A stretch of 64,000 nucleotides of DNA from Heterodontus francisci (taxonomy: Eukaryota): positions 41,569,007 through 41,633,006 of the forward strand of contig NC_090406.1 of assembly GCF_036365525.1 (NCBI RefSeq), written 5' to 3'. This document shows positions 12,161 to 25,239 of the stretch, piece after piece (the first letter of the stretch is position 1; each line of letters starts with the position of its first letter). Both the position numbers and the translations under genes were made by a program. Under the pieces are notes generated by a model. That model made no database searches. It worked only from the letters and a program-made list of their open reading frames with translations, and had not been told where the DNA came from.

Positions 12161-12335
12161 TGCTGAGGTGATGGGCGAGCTGTGCTTGGCTTCAGGTCTG
12201 CAACCTCTGACTTGCTTTCTTTGTTCCTGTGCTGTCCACATTAGGGCCGGAGTGTAACAGGTGCTTGTGCCTCCCAATAGGCTGGACTCTGAGCTCAGGA
12301 TTTCTTTTATTCTTTCGTGGGATGTGGGTGTCACT

Positions 12336-12585
12336 GGTGACCGCGTGGGTTTCTGCCAGGTGCTCCGGTTTCCTCCCACAGCCAAAGACTTGCAAGTTGA
12401 TAGGTAAATTGGCCATTGTAAATTGCCCCTAGTGTAGGTAGGTGGTAGGAGAATTGGGGGAAGGTGGGGATGTGGTAGGGAATATGGATTAATGTAGGAT
12501 TAGTATAAATGGGTGGTTGATGGTTGGCACAGACTCGGTGGGCCGAAGTGCCTGTTTCAGTGTTGTATCTCTCTATGACTGTATG
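12336..12585 (+). mobile_element. 5'-truncated HE1/V-SINE
   Basis: GGTTTCCTCCCACAGCCAAAGAC core and a CR1-like 3' tail. Confidence 0.8.
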
Positions 12586-12969
12586 ACAGTTAAGAGTCAA
12601 CCACACAGACCAGATAGGGATGACAGATTTCCTTCTCTGAAGGGCATTAGTGAACCAGATGGGTTTTTATGACACACAATGATAGTTTCATGGCACCATT
12701 ACTCAGACCAGCTTTCAATTCCAGATTTTAATTAATTAATTGAATTTAAATGCTACCAGTTGTTGTGGGATTTGAGCCTGTGACCCCAGGACATTAGCCT
12801 GGGCCTCTGAGTTACTAGTCCAGTGACATTACCCCTATGCCACTGTCTTTCCTGTGATAGCACAGAGTTAACTCCTCTTTCATAAAACACCTTTTAGAGG
12901 TGGGATGACCTAAGTAGATAATATAATTCAAAAACAATTTGGTAAGGTTTTGCCTGTGAGCAAGTTTGA

Positions 12970-13155
<186 letters not shown>

Positions 13156-13837
13156 TGAGCAGGTAGCCATGGCCCAAATGGTCTAACACTTGAGTTTGGA
13201 CATAAGTGGTCTCCCTGTTGACTGACTCATGTTGCAGTATGGTTCCAGTACTGACCATGGTGTGCAAGTGGTCTTGTGCATGAGCCTCGGTACTGAGTGT
13301 TGGCATGTTCTTTGGAAATCCCCACAGTTTGAGTCTATCCTAGTTTTCTGATGTGCACGGTTCAGCAGAGATCACTGGAGGCTCCCTGATTGGTTTAAAA
13401 AATTCTCCTGAGCGGCGACACCAGGAATGTTGTGTTTCCACCATCGCCCTCTCTACCTTGGGCAATGCTGGTGTCACTGACTCAGTTTACAACGTGCATG
13501 TGTTTGTTTGCTGAGCCATTAGGGATTAGGTTTAGTGTTTTCAAAGATTTAGCAACTGATGCAAACTGGTTACCCTTAATTCTGTTTTTCAGTTTAAAAA
13601 AATGGAGACTTTTTCCTGACTATTAGAGTAAGTTTCTGTTAGGTGGTGTGGATGAACATCAGGCAAAGGTGAGATTTGGTTGAGATTCCCTCTGTGGTAA
13701 AATTGCCATCACTTGCTGTGTTTCACTTGTTACAATTTGACACTTGGATAGAGTACATATAGGTGGTTAACACCTGTTGAACAGTTATTAGCTGTAGGAA
13801 AGGAGGAGTGGGAGTGCTTACGATAACCCAGTAACTT

Positions 13838-13955
13838 TAATAAAAGCAAATGTACCAGAAAAAGAGTTGGGGGAGGGGGCCACAGTAGGACTGGAACAAG
13901 GAATGTTCTACATATCCCATAAAAAGACAGACATAACTAGGACCCAGGCGGGTAC
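13838..13955 (-). mobile_element. Penelope RT fragment in RPL37 intron 2
   Basis: GPSYVCLFMGYVEHSLFQSYCGPLPQLFF matches the Penelope ORF at about 5330-5430. Confidence 0.75.
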
Positions 13956-14448
13956 TCAGTAACTTTGCTGTTTTAGAACTCAAAACATCTTGAATGTTTT
14001 GACATATTTGATGAAGTATTTGTAGCACAGACAGAGAGACCATTTTGGCCATCAAATCCATGCAAGTATTTTTCTCCAAATCATTCCGTCTAATTTCACT
14101 CCTGCTGGCTTCTCCAATCTTTTCCAATCACCCTCTAATTGTGTTTCAAAAATACTTATGCGCTCTGCTTCAGCAAAGTTAGCATATTCTCAACCAATCT
14201 CTGCAAAAAAAAATTCTTTGCAATTATCTCCAATTTGTGCTGTCTTGTTTGACCAATGAAAGCACTATGTCACTGTTTGACTTGTCCTTCAAAAGTTTGA
14301 AGACCTCGATTAGTTCAGCCCTTAATCTAGTGCTGACAAAAAACCCAATACCTTGAATCTCTTCAAAAATATTATTCATCTCGGGCAACTGTTTCTGCTG
14401 CTTTTAATTGTTTCACATCTGGAGTAAGCTGGGGGGTTGTAACTATGA

Positions 14449-14646
<198 letters not shown>

Positions 14647-15855
14647 TAAGAGATGCAGTGGCAGTGAGAAGGTATCCATACCGGTTGTGGAAGCAAAGTT
14701 AATGTTCCTGATGGCTATTCCAGTGTGTGTGATGGTCAAGTGTCTACTTTTCATTAAGGTGAAAGATTTAAAAATTGTGTTGGGGTGTATCTCTGGGAGA
14801 GGTCAGTGTTGGAGGGAATTGAGTGTATCTGGGAGAGGGCGGCATTGAGTATATCTACGAGAGGGTGGTATGCTGGATTAGAGCACTCTTTCTATCTTCT
14901 GGAATTTAATTTGAGTCCAACCCAATCTGCTGAATTTTCAGTGTCCCAAGTCAATTGAGTTTGGACACTGGGAAACTTCTGGAAGTCAAACTGATGTGAG
15001 TTCTAGACATATTTAGAACATTTTAAGGCCATAAAACAGGAGAAAAATACCACAATGCTTTTATAATTTGGATTCAGGTGCTGGGCTGGGGATAGTGGGA
15101 GGGGGAATGAATCTAAAATGCTTAGGGCAGTGTGGCCCAAATTCATTATTAAAATTGTGCAAATGTTATGAATGCAGAGCGGGCATTTGGGAAACCCTCA
15201 TTGAGTATATTTACATCTGTGTGCACTTCCTGTCTTTAAAGCGTTACTCCATGTTGTCACATTTGTCCGTTTTTCCATTCTAAATTCCTGTATATACATT
15301 CACCATGTAAACTTGGCATATGGTAACTACACCCTCCTGTCAGTGATGGCACTGTAGTGCTAGGCTTGGTGTCTCCTTCCATCTCTATTTCCTAAATTGC
15401 CCATAGTTTTGCAATTTATGATATAAAATCAAAATAACACCACACACAGAGTAGGAACCAAATGTCGTCTTCGAATGGCCGAGTTAGAGAGTAGGTCATA
15501 ATTGTGCTTTTATAAGTAGCCTCATTTTAATTTCTTATTATTTGTATACTTTCATTTACAATAATCTTGGTTAAAGGAAGGAAGGATTTGACATCTTTCA
15601 TGTCCTCAGGACTTTCCAAAATGCTGCATAGCAAAGCCTGGGGCAATTTGGGAAGTCTTTTTGGAGCTTAGGGTTTTCCACAATAAAGGTGATGGAGCTT
15701 GGAGAAACAAAACTGACACTACAATGCAACTGTTGTCTGGAGGGCGTAATTTCAGCATGAAAATCATCAAACTTAGAGAAGATAAAACCCCTGGTCTAAA
15801 TGGATTGCATTCATGCATGTTTTAAAAAAAAGTTAGGGAAGAGATAGCAGAGGCA

Positions 15856-16538
15856 GGTCCACAGGTCACTGAAAGTGGCAACGCAGGTGGATAAGGTAGT
15901 CAAGAAGGCATTCGGCATGCTTGCTTCATCGGTCGGGGCATAGAGTATAAAAATTGGCAAGTCATGCTGCAGCTGTACAGAACTTTAGTAAGGCCGCGCT
16001 TAGAATATTGCGTGCAATTCTGGTCGCCACACTACCAGAAGGATGTGGAGGCTTTGGAGAGGGTACAGAAGAGGTTTACCAGGATGTTGTCTGGTCTGGA
16101 GGACATTAGCTGTGAGGAGAGGTTGGATAAACTCCGATTGTTTTCACTGGAACGACGGACGTGGAGGGGTGACATGATAGAGGTTTACAAAGTTATGAGC
16201 GGCATGGACAGAGTGGATAGTCAAGCTTTTTCCCAGGGTGGAAGAGTCGGTTACTAGGGGACGTAGGTTTAAGGTGTGAGAGGCAAAGTTTAGAGGGGAT
16301 ATGCAAGGCAAGTTCTTTACACAGAGGGTGGTGAGTGCCTGGAACTTGCTGCTGGGGGAGGTGGTGGAAGCAGGTACGATAGCAACGTTTAAGAGGCATC
16401 GTGACAAATACATGAATAGGATGGGAATAGAGGGATACGGTCCCCGGCAATGCAGAAGGTTTTAGTTTAGACAGGCATCAAGATCGGCGCAGACTTGGAG
16501 TGCCGAATGGCCTGTTCCTGTGCTGTACTGTTCTTTGT
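15856..16538 (+). mobile_element. CR1 3' fragment in RPL37 intron 3
   Basis: LYRTLVRPRLEYCVQFWSPHY; absent from the paralogous site at about 62145. Confidence 0.9.
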
Positions 16539-16969
16539 ACATGAATATATAAAAAAAATTAGAAAAGGAAATAGTGCCTGAGGACTGGTGGACGGTTAGT
16601 GTTTTTGTATTAAGAGGAGATAAAACTAGTCCAGGAGCATGGGAACAGGAGTAGGCTATTTAGCCCTTGAGCCTCTTCCGCCATTCAATAACTTTCTAAA
16701 TTTTAGTGAATATAGCCCTAGTTTGTGTAGTCTTTGTAATTCAATCCTTTGAGTCCAGGTATCATTCTGGTAAATTAATGCTGCACTCCCTCCAATGTCA
16801 ATATAACCTTCCTAAGGTGTGGTGCCCAGAACTTCTTGCAGTGCTTCAGGTGTGGTCTAACATTGTTCTGTCTTGCTGGAACATGTCTTCAAATCCCTTG
16901 TGTTCTATTCCTCTATCTATAAAAGGCAGCTTTCCATTAGTCCTTGATTATTTTCTCTACCTGTTCATG

Positions 16970-17302
16970 TTTTTTTTTAGAGTCATAGAGTGATACAGCA
17001 TTGAAACAGGCCCTTCGGCCCACCAAGTCTGTGGTGACCAACAACCACCCATTTATACTAATCCTACATTAATCCCATATTCCCTACCACATCCCCACCA
17101 TTCTGCTACCACCTACCTACGCTAGGGGCAATTTACAATGGCCAATTTACCTCTCAACCTGCAGGTCTTTGGCTGTGGGAGGAAACCGGAGCACCTGGCG
17201 GAACCCCACGCAGTCACAGGGAGAACTTGCAAACTCCACACAGGCAGTACCTGGAACTGAACCCGGGTCGCTGGAGCTGTGGTGCTAACCACTGTGCCGC
17301 CC
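16970..17302 (-). mobile_element. HE1/V-SINE
   Basis: tRNA-like head GGGCGGCACAGTGGTTAGC on -; absent from the paralogous site at about 62530. Confidence 0.9.
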
Positions 17303-18238
17303 CAATTTTAATGATCTATGTACCTGGATCCCCAAATCTCTTTGGACCTTCACTGTTTCTAGCTTTTCATTATTTAGTAAGGACCCTGTTCTATCCTTTA
17401 GGTCCAAAGTATATGATCTCACATTTGCCTACATTCAAATCCATTTGCCGCTGTTTTGCTTATTCACTTAATCTTTCAATATCTTTGTAGTTTTATGCTT
17501 CCATCTACTCTGCTTACGATGTTATCTTTATGTCATCTGCAAGCTACGATTAGTGGCTTTCTATCTCATCATCTAAGTAGTTAATAAATATGGCGAATAG
17601 TTGAGGCCCAACACAGATTCTTGCAGGACGCCACGAGTCACATCCTGCCAATTAGAGTACATGCCCATTATCTCTACTCTCTGTCTCCTGCCGCTCAACC
17701 ATTTTCCTAACCAGGTCAATAATTTGTCTTTAATTCCATAATCTTCAACTTTAGCTAACAGTCTCCAATGAGGGACTTTATCAGATGTCTTCTGGACCTC
17801 CATATAAATAACCTCCATAGTCATTCTTCTGTCCTCTACTTTAGTCATCTCTTCAAAAAACCAATCAAGTGTGTCAGAATCACAGAACTATAGACCAGTT
17901 AGCTTAGTGGTAGGAAAAGTAATGGAATCTTTACTCAAAGATGTAATAGGAAAGCATCTAGAAACTGAAAGTTTAATGGTCAGCAGATTTCCTGTTTCAA
18001 AGGGTTGGAAGTGGTGTTCCACAGGGATCAGTGGTGGGATCACTGTTCACAACGATTTAAGATCAGGAATTAGAAGTATAATTTCAAAATTTGCAGACAA
18101 AATTGAGCTGGTATAATCAACACTGAGGAAGAATGCAACAAAATATAAGAAGGCAGGGAGATGGTAGCATAGTGGTAAAGTTACTGGATCATTAATCCTG
18201 AGGCCTGGACTAATGCTCCAGAGACATGAGTTCAGATT

Positions 18239-18580
18239 GGGCGGCGCAGTGGTTAGCACCGCAGCCTCACAGATCCAGGGACCCGGGTTCGATTCCGGGT
18301 ACTGCCTGTGTGGAGTTTGCAAGTTCTCCCTGTGTCTGCGTGGGTTTTCTCCGGGTGCTCCGGTTTCCTCCCACAAGCCAAAAGACTTGCAGGTTGATAG
18401 GTAAATTGGCCATTATAAATTGTCACTAATATAGGTAGGTGGTAGGGAAATATACGGACAGGTGGGGATGTTTGGTAGGAATATGGGATTAGTGTAGGAT
18501 TAGTATAAATGGGTGGTTGATGTTCGGCACAGACTCGGTGGGCCGAAGGGCCTGTTTCAGTGCTGTATCTCTAATCTAAT
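18239..18580 (+). mobile_element. HE1/V-SINE nested in an older tRNA-SINE (about 18155-18870)
   Basis: A/B boxes (GCAGTGGTTAG, GGTTCGATTCC); absent from the paralogous site at about 63468. Confidence 0.9.
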
Positions 18581-19099
18581 CCCACTATGGCAGCTGCAAG
18601 TATTTAAATTCAATTAATAAATCTGGAATAAAATGCTAGTCTCATTAATCATGAAACTACCAGATTATTGTTAACACCCATCTGTCACTAATCCCCTCAG
18701 GTGTTTGTGACTCCAGATCCAAAGCAATGCGGTTGACTTCATAACTGTCCTCTGAAATGGCCGAGCAAGCCACTCAGTTGTAGTTGGCTCACCACCACCT
18801 GCTCAAGGGCAATTAGGGATGGGCAATAAATGCTGGCGTTGCCAGCGATGCTCATATCCAAAGACAAATTTTTCAAAATTGCAGAATGGTCATGTAATTG
18901 GCAAATGAATGAAGTGTGAGATGATGAATTTTGGTAGAAATAATAAGGCTTTGTAGTAAGGAATTGGTACATCAAAATAATTGGATTCAGGATACAAAAA
19001 TATGGCAGAATATGGCTTTCAAATAAACTGCAGTATATCCTCATGCCCTATGTTGATAGTTCCCTGCTGTCTAACCTTAAATCATCTAAGTTTGTGTTG

Positions 19100-19809
19100 A
19101 CTCCCAGTCCGGGGTTTTGTGTGGCCCTCTCAGGCAGGGTTGAAGGCAGGGGTTGGGGGGTGGTGTGTGCACGAGGGCCCATCACCTAGCTATCTTCCTG
19201 GGAGCTGGTTAGACCCACAACGGCCTTCCCGCCCAGAGGACCTTAAGAGGCCTATTAACGACCAATTATGGGCCGCTTGCCACTGCTGCTGGGATCTTTC
19301 CAGAGGCAGGGAAGTGCTTCCGCCATGAGGGGAGGATGCCTTGTAACACGATGTGCTCTCCCTGGGGGTGTGGTCTTCCTTTGTGGGCAATTTGTGGCCT
19401 ACGATGGACTCCCACTGGGAAACAGTTTACTCCCTGGGACCCCCTCCCCCTGGACTGCAGAATTACCTCCCAGTCCCCCTCATCGGGGTCTTCTGGACTG
19501 GCCCCGGTGACCCCGACTCACCTACCCCTGGTCCAGGGTTCCAATGCTGGGCCTGGGTCCGAGGCCTCTGCAGTCCTGGCAGTGGCCACCGCTCCTGGTG
19601 GGGCTGCCAGTAGTCCTGAGCTGCCAATACTCTGATTGGCCGGCAGCTCATGGTCGTAGAATCCCCGTCTTTAAAGAAACCAGGACCCTGGTTCCTGAAA
19701 CTGATTGAAAAGACTGGAGGATCGCTCCGGGGAAGGGACAGAAAAGGCCGAGGCAGGGTTCCTTTTCAACCTGTGCCAGGAGCCCTGGCTCCAATACAAA
19801 ATCCAGCCC
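19100..19809. mobile_element. Harbinger-type non-autonomous element in RPL37 intron 3
   Basis: Ends in AAAATCCAGCCC, the same TIR as 38777-38788. The GC-rich body resembles 39860-40560 and 59939-60215. Confidence 0.55.
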
Positions 19810-20385
19810 TCAGTGTGCATGGCAATGGGGATTTTCTATATTAAAATCCCCAGGTAGTTCAGCTGGGTAAGACAGTCAGCACCTACACTACACGGTGCAG
19901 GAAGGCTCCATCTGTGGTCTGTGCTGATTTACTGATGTCAGTCAGCATTTAACTACAGCTTACTAAGCAATCCGAGTGTTTGCTACTCCAGCTTACTGAT
20001 GCTCATTGTCTAGGCTTAAAGTGTGAAGAATGGTTACTAGGGTGAGGGACCAGTGCTGCTGGCATCCATGAAACTCATCAATGGGAATTGTCACCTCTGC
20101 AAAGAATGGATGGGGAAGAATGAAGCTGTATTTGATCACAGACTGTAGATACAATGATTGCTGAAGAGTATAGCAAAAGTGCTGCTGTGGGTTTGAGAAG
20201 AGTGAAGTAATACAATTAATAAATGATAAGCCTATGGAGAGAATTTGAGTGCACTGTCTATTGAGATTTTCCTGATGCTTCGGAGGTGACATGTTGGAAA
20301 CTGGAAACTCCACTTGCATTCATTTTTAATCATTGCCACTAACTATTCTGCTATCCTAACCATCCCCCCCCCCTCTTATTTGCAG

Positions 20386-20455
20386 GAATGGATTCCGTGA
20401 AGGGACCACCCCGAAGCCCAGACGCGCCGCAATGGCTTCCTCCAGCACTGCATAA
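20386..20455 (+). CDS. RPL37: RPL37 exon 4 (to stop)
   Basis: TTTGCAG|G AAT GGA TTC...TAA. Translates (R)NGFREGTTPKPRRAAMASSSTA*. The four exons sum to 294 nt = 97 aa + stop. Confidence 0.97.
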
Positions 20456-20478
20456 ACTGTCGGTGTATCTACACGACA

Positions 20479-20484
20479 AATAAA
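20479..20484 (+). terminator. RPL37 polyadenylation signal
   Basis: AATAAA 24 nt after the stop codon, followed by GT-rich sequence. Confidence 0.85.
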
Positions 20485-20909
20485 GCTATGTTTTGCAAAG
20501 TTATCCTGGCCTCCCTGTGCTTGGTTTGTGTGCCTAAAAGGCTCTTCCTACATCCGTTTTTTTTTTAAGTCTAGCCCACAAAAATCAAACGCTTCCAGAA
20601 TTTTGATCATTGTGTGACATTGGTGAAATATGCTGTGGCAGCTGGATTAATTAATATACATGAAAAGTGCTGCAGAAAAGGAGACCAGTCAGTCAATTGT
20701 GTCTGTGCCAGCTCTTCAAGATCTGTGCGATTAGTCCTGCTTCCCTGCTGTTTCTCCGTAGCCCTGCAGAATATTGCTTTTCAAGTATATATCCAATTAT
20801 CTTTTGAAAATTACTAATTAATCTGCTTCTACCAACCTTTCCAGAAGTGCATTCCAGATCACACCTCACTTCTTAAAAAATTGTCTTCGGTTCTTTTGCC
20901 AATAATTTA

Positions 20910-22020
20910 GAATTAGAACATTACAGCGCAGTACAGGCCCTTCGGCCCTCGATGTTGCGCCGACCTGTGAAACCATCTGACCTACACTATTCCAATTTCA
21001 TCCATATGTCTATCCAATGACCACTTAAATGCCCTTAAAGTTGGCGAATCTACTACTGCTGCAGGCAGGGCGTTCCACGCCCTTACTACTCTCTGAGTAA
21101 AGAAACTACCTCTCACATCTGTCCTATATCTATCACCCCTCAACTTGAAGCTATGTCCCCTCGTGTTTGCCATCACCATCCGAGGAAAAAGACGCTCACT
21201 ATCCACCCTATCTAACCCTCTGATTATCTTATATGTCTCTATTAAGTCACCTCTCCTCCTCCTTCTTTCCAACGAAAACAACCTCAAGTCCCTCAGCCTT
21301 TCCTCGTAAGACCTTCCCTCCATACCAGGCAACATCCTAGTAAATCTCCTCTGCACCCTTTCCATAGCTTCCACATCCTTCCTATAATGCGGTGACCAGA
21401 ACTGCACGCAATACTCCAGGTGCGGTCTCACCAGAGTTTTGTACAGCTGCAGCATGACCTCGTGGCTCCGAAACTCGATCCCCCTACTAATAAGAGCTAA
21501 CACACCATATGCCTTCTTAACAGCCCTATTAACCTGGGTAGCAACCTTCAGGGATTTATGCACCTGGACACCAAGATCTCTCTTCATCTACACTACCAAG
21601 AATCTTCCCATTAGCCCAGTACTCTGCATTCCTGTTACTCCTTCCAAAGTGAATCACCTCACACTTTTCCGCATTAAACTCCATTTGCCATCTCTCAGCC
21701 CAGCTCTGCAGCCTATCTATGTCCCTCTGTACCCTACAACATCCTTCGGCACTATCCACAACTCCACCGACCTTAGTGTCATCTGCAAATTTACTAACCC
21801 ACCCTTCTACACCCTCATCCAGGTCATTTATAAAAATGACAAACAGCAGTGGCCCCAAAACAGATCCTTGCGGTACACCACTAGTAACTAAACTCCAGGA
21901 TGAACATTTGCCATCAACCACCACCCTCTGTCTTCTTTCAGCTAGCCAATTTCTGATCCAAAGCTCTAAATCACCTTCAACCCCATACTTCCGTATTTTC
22001 TGCAATAGCCTACCGTGGGG
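20910..22020 (-). mobile_element. Young 5'-truncated CR1
   Basis: ORFs 21556-22005 and 20982-21587 (GVPQGSVLGP, KFADD); TSD AATTTA at 20904-20909 and 22021-22026. Confidence 0.92.
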
Positions 22021-22755
22021 AATTTAAATCTGCTATCCTCTGGTTACTGACCCTCCTGCCATATGGCGCAGGAAGATCGTGAGTTCAGTCCTTACTCTGT
22101 CTCGTTTGCCTGGGGTTGGGCGAGCATGTGTCCAAAGATAGGTGACAACAGTCAGCCATAGCCCCTAATCTATCCAATACCTCCTGGTGGAAACTGGATA
22201 TCGAATGTGAGAACGGGTTTGGATTTGATGGTGCTGAGCAGGTGATTGAATATCATGTCAGGTTGTGTTTACACATGAAGACTGGGCGCTTGGATGGCAG
22301 CAGCTGTGGTGCACCAGGTGAGGAGGGCTCTTGGGAAAGGCAGGAGCACAGAGCACTTTGAGGAGGGGAGTCTGATCTGGAGTCCGGGGAGAAGATTTTT
22401 AGCAAAGGGTCGATAAATAAGTAAAGGAATGACAAGGTTGCTTCAACCTTGAGCGTACACCTCCTGTACTATGTGGGAGCTCCAGAATGCTTCCCGTATC
22501 CTGGAGAACCATTTGCGCAGGAAGTGTCGTCAATTCAAGCAGCTTGAGCTCTGGGTTTTGGAACTTGAGCGGCAGCTGGCGACACTGCGGTGCATTCATG
22601 AGGATGAGAGCTATGTGGATAGCATGTTTATAAATGTGGTCACCCCATAGCTTAAGATCAGGGAGTAAGGGAATGGGTGACCACCAGGCAGTCAAAAAGA
22701 ATTAGGCAGGTTGTGCAGGTGACCCCTGGGTGCATCTCACTCCAACAGGTATTCA

Positions 22756-23018
22756 TAGATCATAAATAGATACAGCACTGAAACAGGCCCTTCGGCCCAC
22801 CGAGTCTGTGCTGACCAGCAACCACCCATTTAGACTAATCCTATATTATTCCCTACCACCTATATACACTAGTGGCAATTTACCTATCAACCTGCAAGTC
22901 TTTGGCTATGGGAGGAAACCCATGTGGTCACAGGGAGAACTTGCAAACTCCGCACAGGCAGTACCCAAAACCAAACCGCTGGAGCTGTGAGGCTGCAGTG
23001 CTAACCAGTGTGCCGCCC
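22756..23018 (-). mobile_element. HE1/V-SINE inside CR1 ORF1
   Basis: SINE head and tail; TSD ATTCA. Confidence 0.85.
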
Positions 23019-23763
23019 ATTCAGTTCTGACTACTGAGGAAAGTGATGCTTCACATGGGGAGTGCAGCCAGAGCCAAGTCCATGGCACCACGGGTGGTTC
23101 AGCTGCACTGGGGGGTACAGGGAAAACTGGAAGAGCTATAGTGATAGGTGATTCAATAGTCAGGGGAACAGACAGGTGTTTCCGTGGCCGCAGATGTGAA
23201 TCCAGGATGGTGTGTTGCCTCCCTGGTGCTAGGGTTAAGGATGTCGCAGAGTGGCTGCAGAGCTTCCTGGCGGGGGAGGTGAACAGCCAGCAGTTGTGGT
23301 CCACATTGGAACCAATGACATAGATAGAAAGAGGGATGTGGTCTTGCAGTTAGAATTTAGGAAGCTAGGTAAGAAATTAGCAAGCAGGACCTCAAAAGTA
23401 GTCATCTCCGGATTAATCCCAGTGCAATGCACAAGTGAGTATAGAAATAGAAGGATAAGACAGATGAATGCACGGCTGGAAAGATGGTGCAGAAGGGAGG
23501 GCTTCAGATTCCTGGGACATTGGGACCAGCTCTGGGGGAGATGGGACCTGTACAGGCCGGACGGGTTGCACCTGAACAGACCCGGGACTGAGTTCCTTGC
23601 GGGAAGTTATGCTAGTGCTGTTGGGGAGGGTTTAAGCTAGTTTGGCAGGGGGTGGGGATCTGAGGGTAGACTCAGCTGGGACAAAATCGAATTAAAATGG
23701 AAGGCGGAAAATTAATGGATGAATCTGGAAGACAGAGGAAACGAGGATTATAAAATAAAAAAA

Positions 23764-24562
23764 GGCTGCATTTGCTGACAACGCTACCGCTAGGTGGTGC
23801 TGCTCAAATGCAGCATATGCCACTAAAACGTCACAGTCTGCTACTTTTGGCAGCTGCCAGGACTAAAGATGGTGCTGCTCAAATAATCACATGGAGGCAA
23901 CCTAACCTAAACACATGGCAGCACACAATGGCAGAGTGAGAGAGTGAGCGAGCGGGGTGGGGGGAGGGGGTGAAGCGGAGCAGGCTTGGGGGGAGGCGGA
24001 GCGGCCGGCAAGTGGGCGAGCGAATGGGCTGGTGACGGAGCGGAGCGGCCGTAGACAGCAGTGGGGGTGGGAGGTGGAGTGTGTTTTTCTGCGCATGCGC
24101 CATAACCTTGCAACGGCAAAAGACGTACCGGCTGGTTCCCACACCCGACGACACCAAGGTCTTCGGTTGGTCACTCGCTCCCTGCGGCTCTCTGCAGCCT
24201 CTCGCTTCCGGCCCCCTCCATCCAGCCGTTCCCTCCAGCTGCAGATCCCCCATCCAGCCGCTTTCTCCCCTATTTCTCAACTGTACTTCAGGCATTGCAG
24301 CTGTCTGGTCCCTGCCTTTTGCATCTCCCTCTTCAGGAACTTCTGAATTTAACTCCCTGCCAAGCGCATGCGCAGAGGCCGACCAGGCGCGTTGCCCGAA
24401 GATGCACACGTCACGCGATAACATCATTGGCATATGCGCTGACCAGTCCTGGCAAGCCGGAATGCAGCGCTTGCGCAGAGAGCAGGAGACCGTCTGCGCA
24501 TGTGCGCACCAAGGCGCAGCCTGATGACGTCAGTGGCGGCCAGCGTTGTCAGGAATCACTGT
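23764..24562. mobile_element. Non-autonomous element with subterminal inverted repeats (Helentron/HINE-like)
   Basis: SubTIR CTGACAACGCT (23775-23785) / AGCGTTGTCAG (24542-24552); hairpin GCTGCATTTG/CAAATGCAGC; inserted in an A-run of the CR1. Confidence 0.55.
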
Positions 24563-24916
24563 AAAAAAAAAGTTTGGCAGTGCTTGAGGGTATTTCAATG
24601 CAAGGGGTATAGCAAATAAAGCAGATGAGCTGAGGGCACAGATGGGCACGTGGCAGTATGATATAGCTATTACAGAAACATGGCATAAAGAGGGACAGGA
24701 ATGGCAGCTCAACATTCCTGGTTACAGACGTGATAGGGAGGGGGAATGGCAATTTTGGTCAAGGAAACTTACAGCTGTAAGGAAGGATGATGTATGTTGG
24801 AAGGTTCATCAAATGAAGCCATATGGATCGAGATAAGGAACAAAAAGGGCAATCAACACTGCTGGGAGTGTGCTATAGACCCCCAAACAGTCAGAGGGAG
24901 ATCAAAGAACAGTTAT

Positions 24917-25239
24917 TTTAGTTTAGAGATACAGCACTGAAACAGGCCCTTCAGCCCACCGAGTCTGTGCCGACCATCAACCACCCATTTATACTAATCC
25001 TATATTCCTACCACATCCCCACCTGTCCCTATCACCTACCTATACTAGGGGCAATTTATGATGGCCAATTTACCTACCAATCTGCAAGTCTTTTGGCTTG
25101 TGGGAGGAAACTGGAGCACCTGGAGAAAACCCACACAGACACAGGGAGAACTTGCAAACTCCACACAGGCAGTACCCAGAATTGAACCCGGGTCGCTGGA
25201 GCTGTGAGGCTGCAGTGCTAACCACTGCACCACTGTGCC
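24917..25239 (-). mobile_element. HE1/V-SINE inside CR1 ORF2
   Basis: SINE sequence; TSD GTTAT. Confidence 0.87.

Noticed and set aside
18239-18310. tRNA-like A/B boxes (also 33189, 17302, 23018, 25239)
   Set aside because: They are heads of HE1/V-SINEs continuing into SINE body and CR1-like tail, not tRNA genes.
23879-24564. Overlapping 90-184 aa ORFs on both strands
   Set aside because: A product of high GC content inside the subTIR element; no recognisable domain or splice structure.
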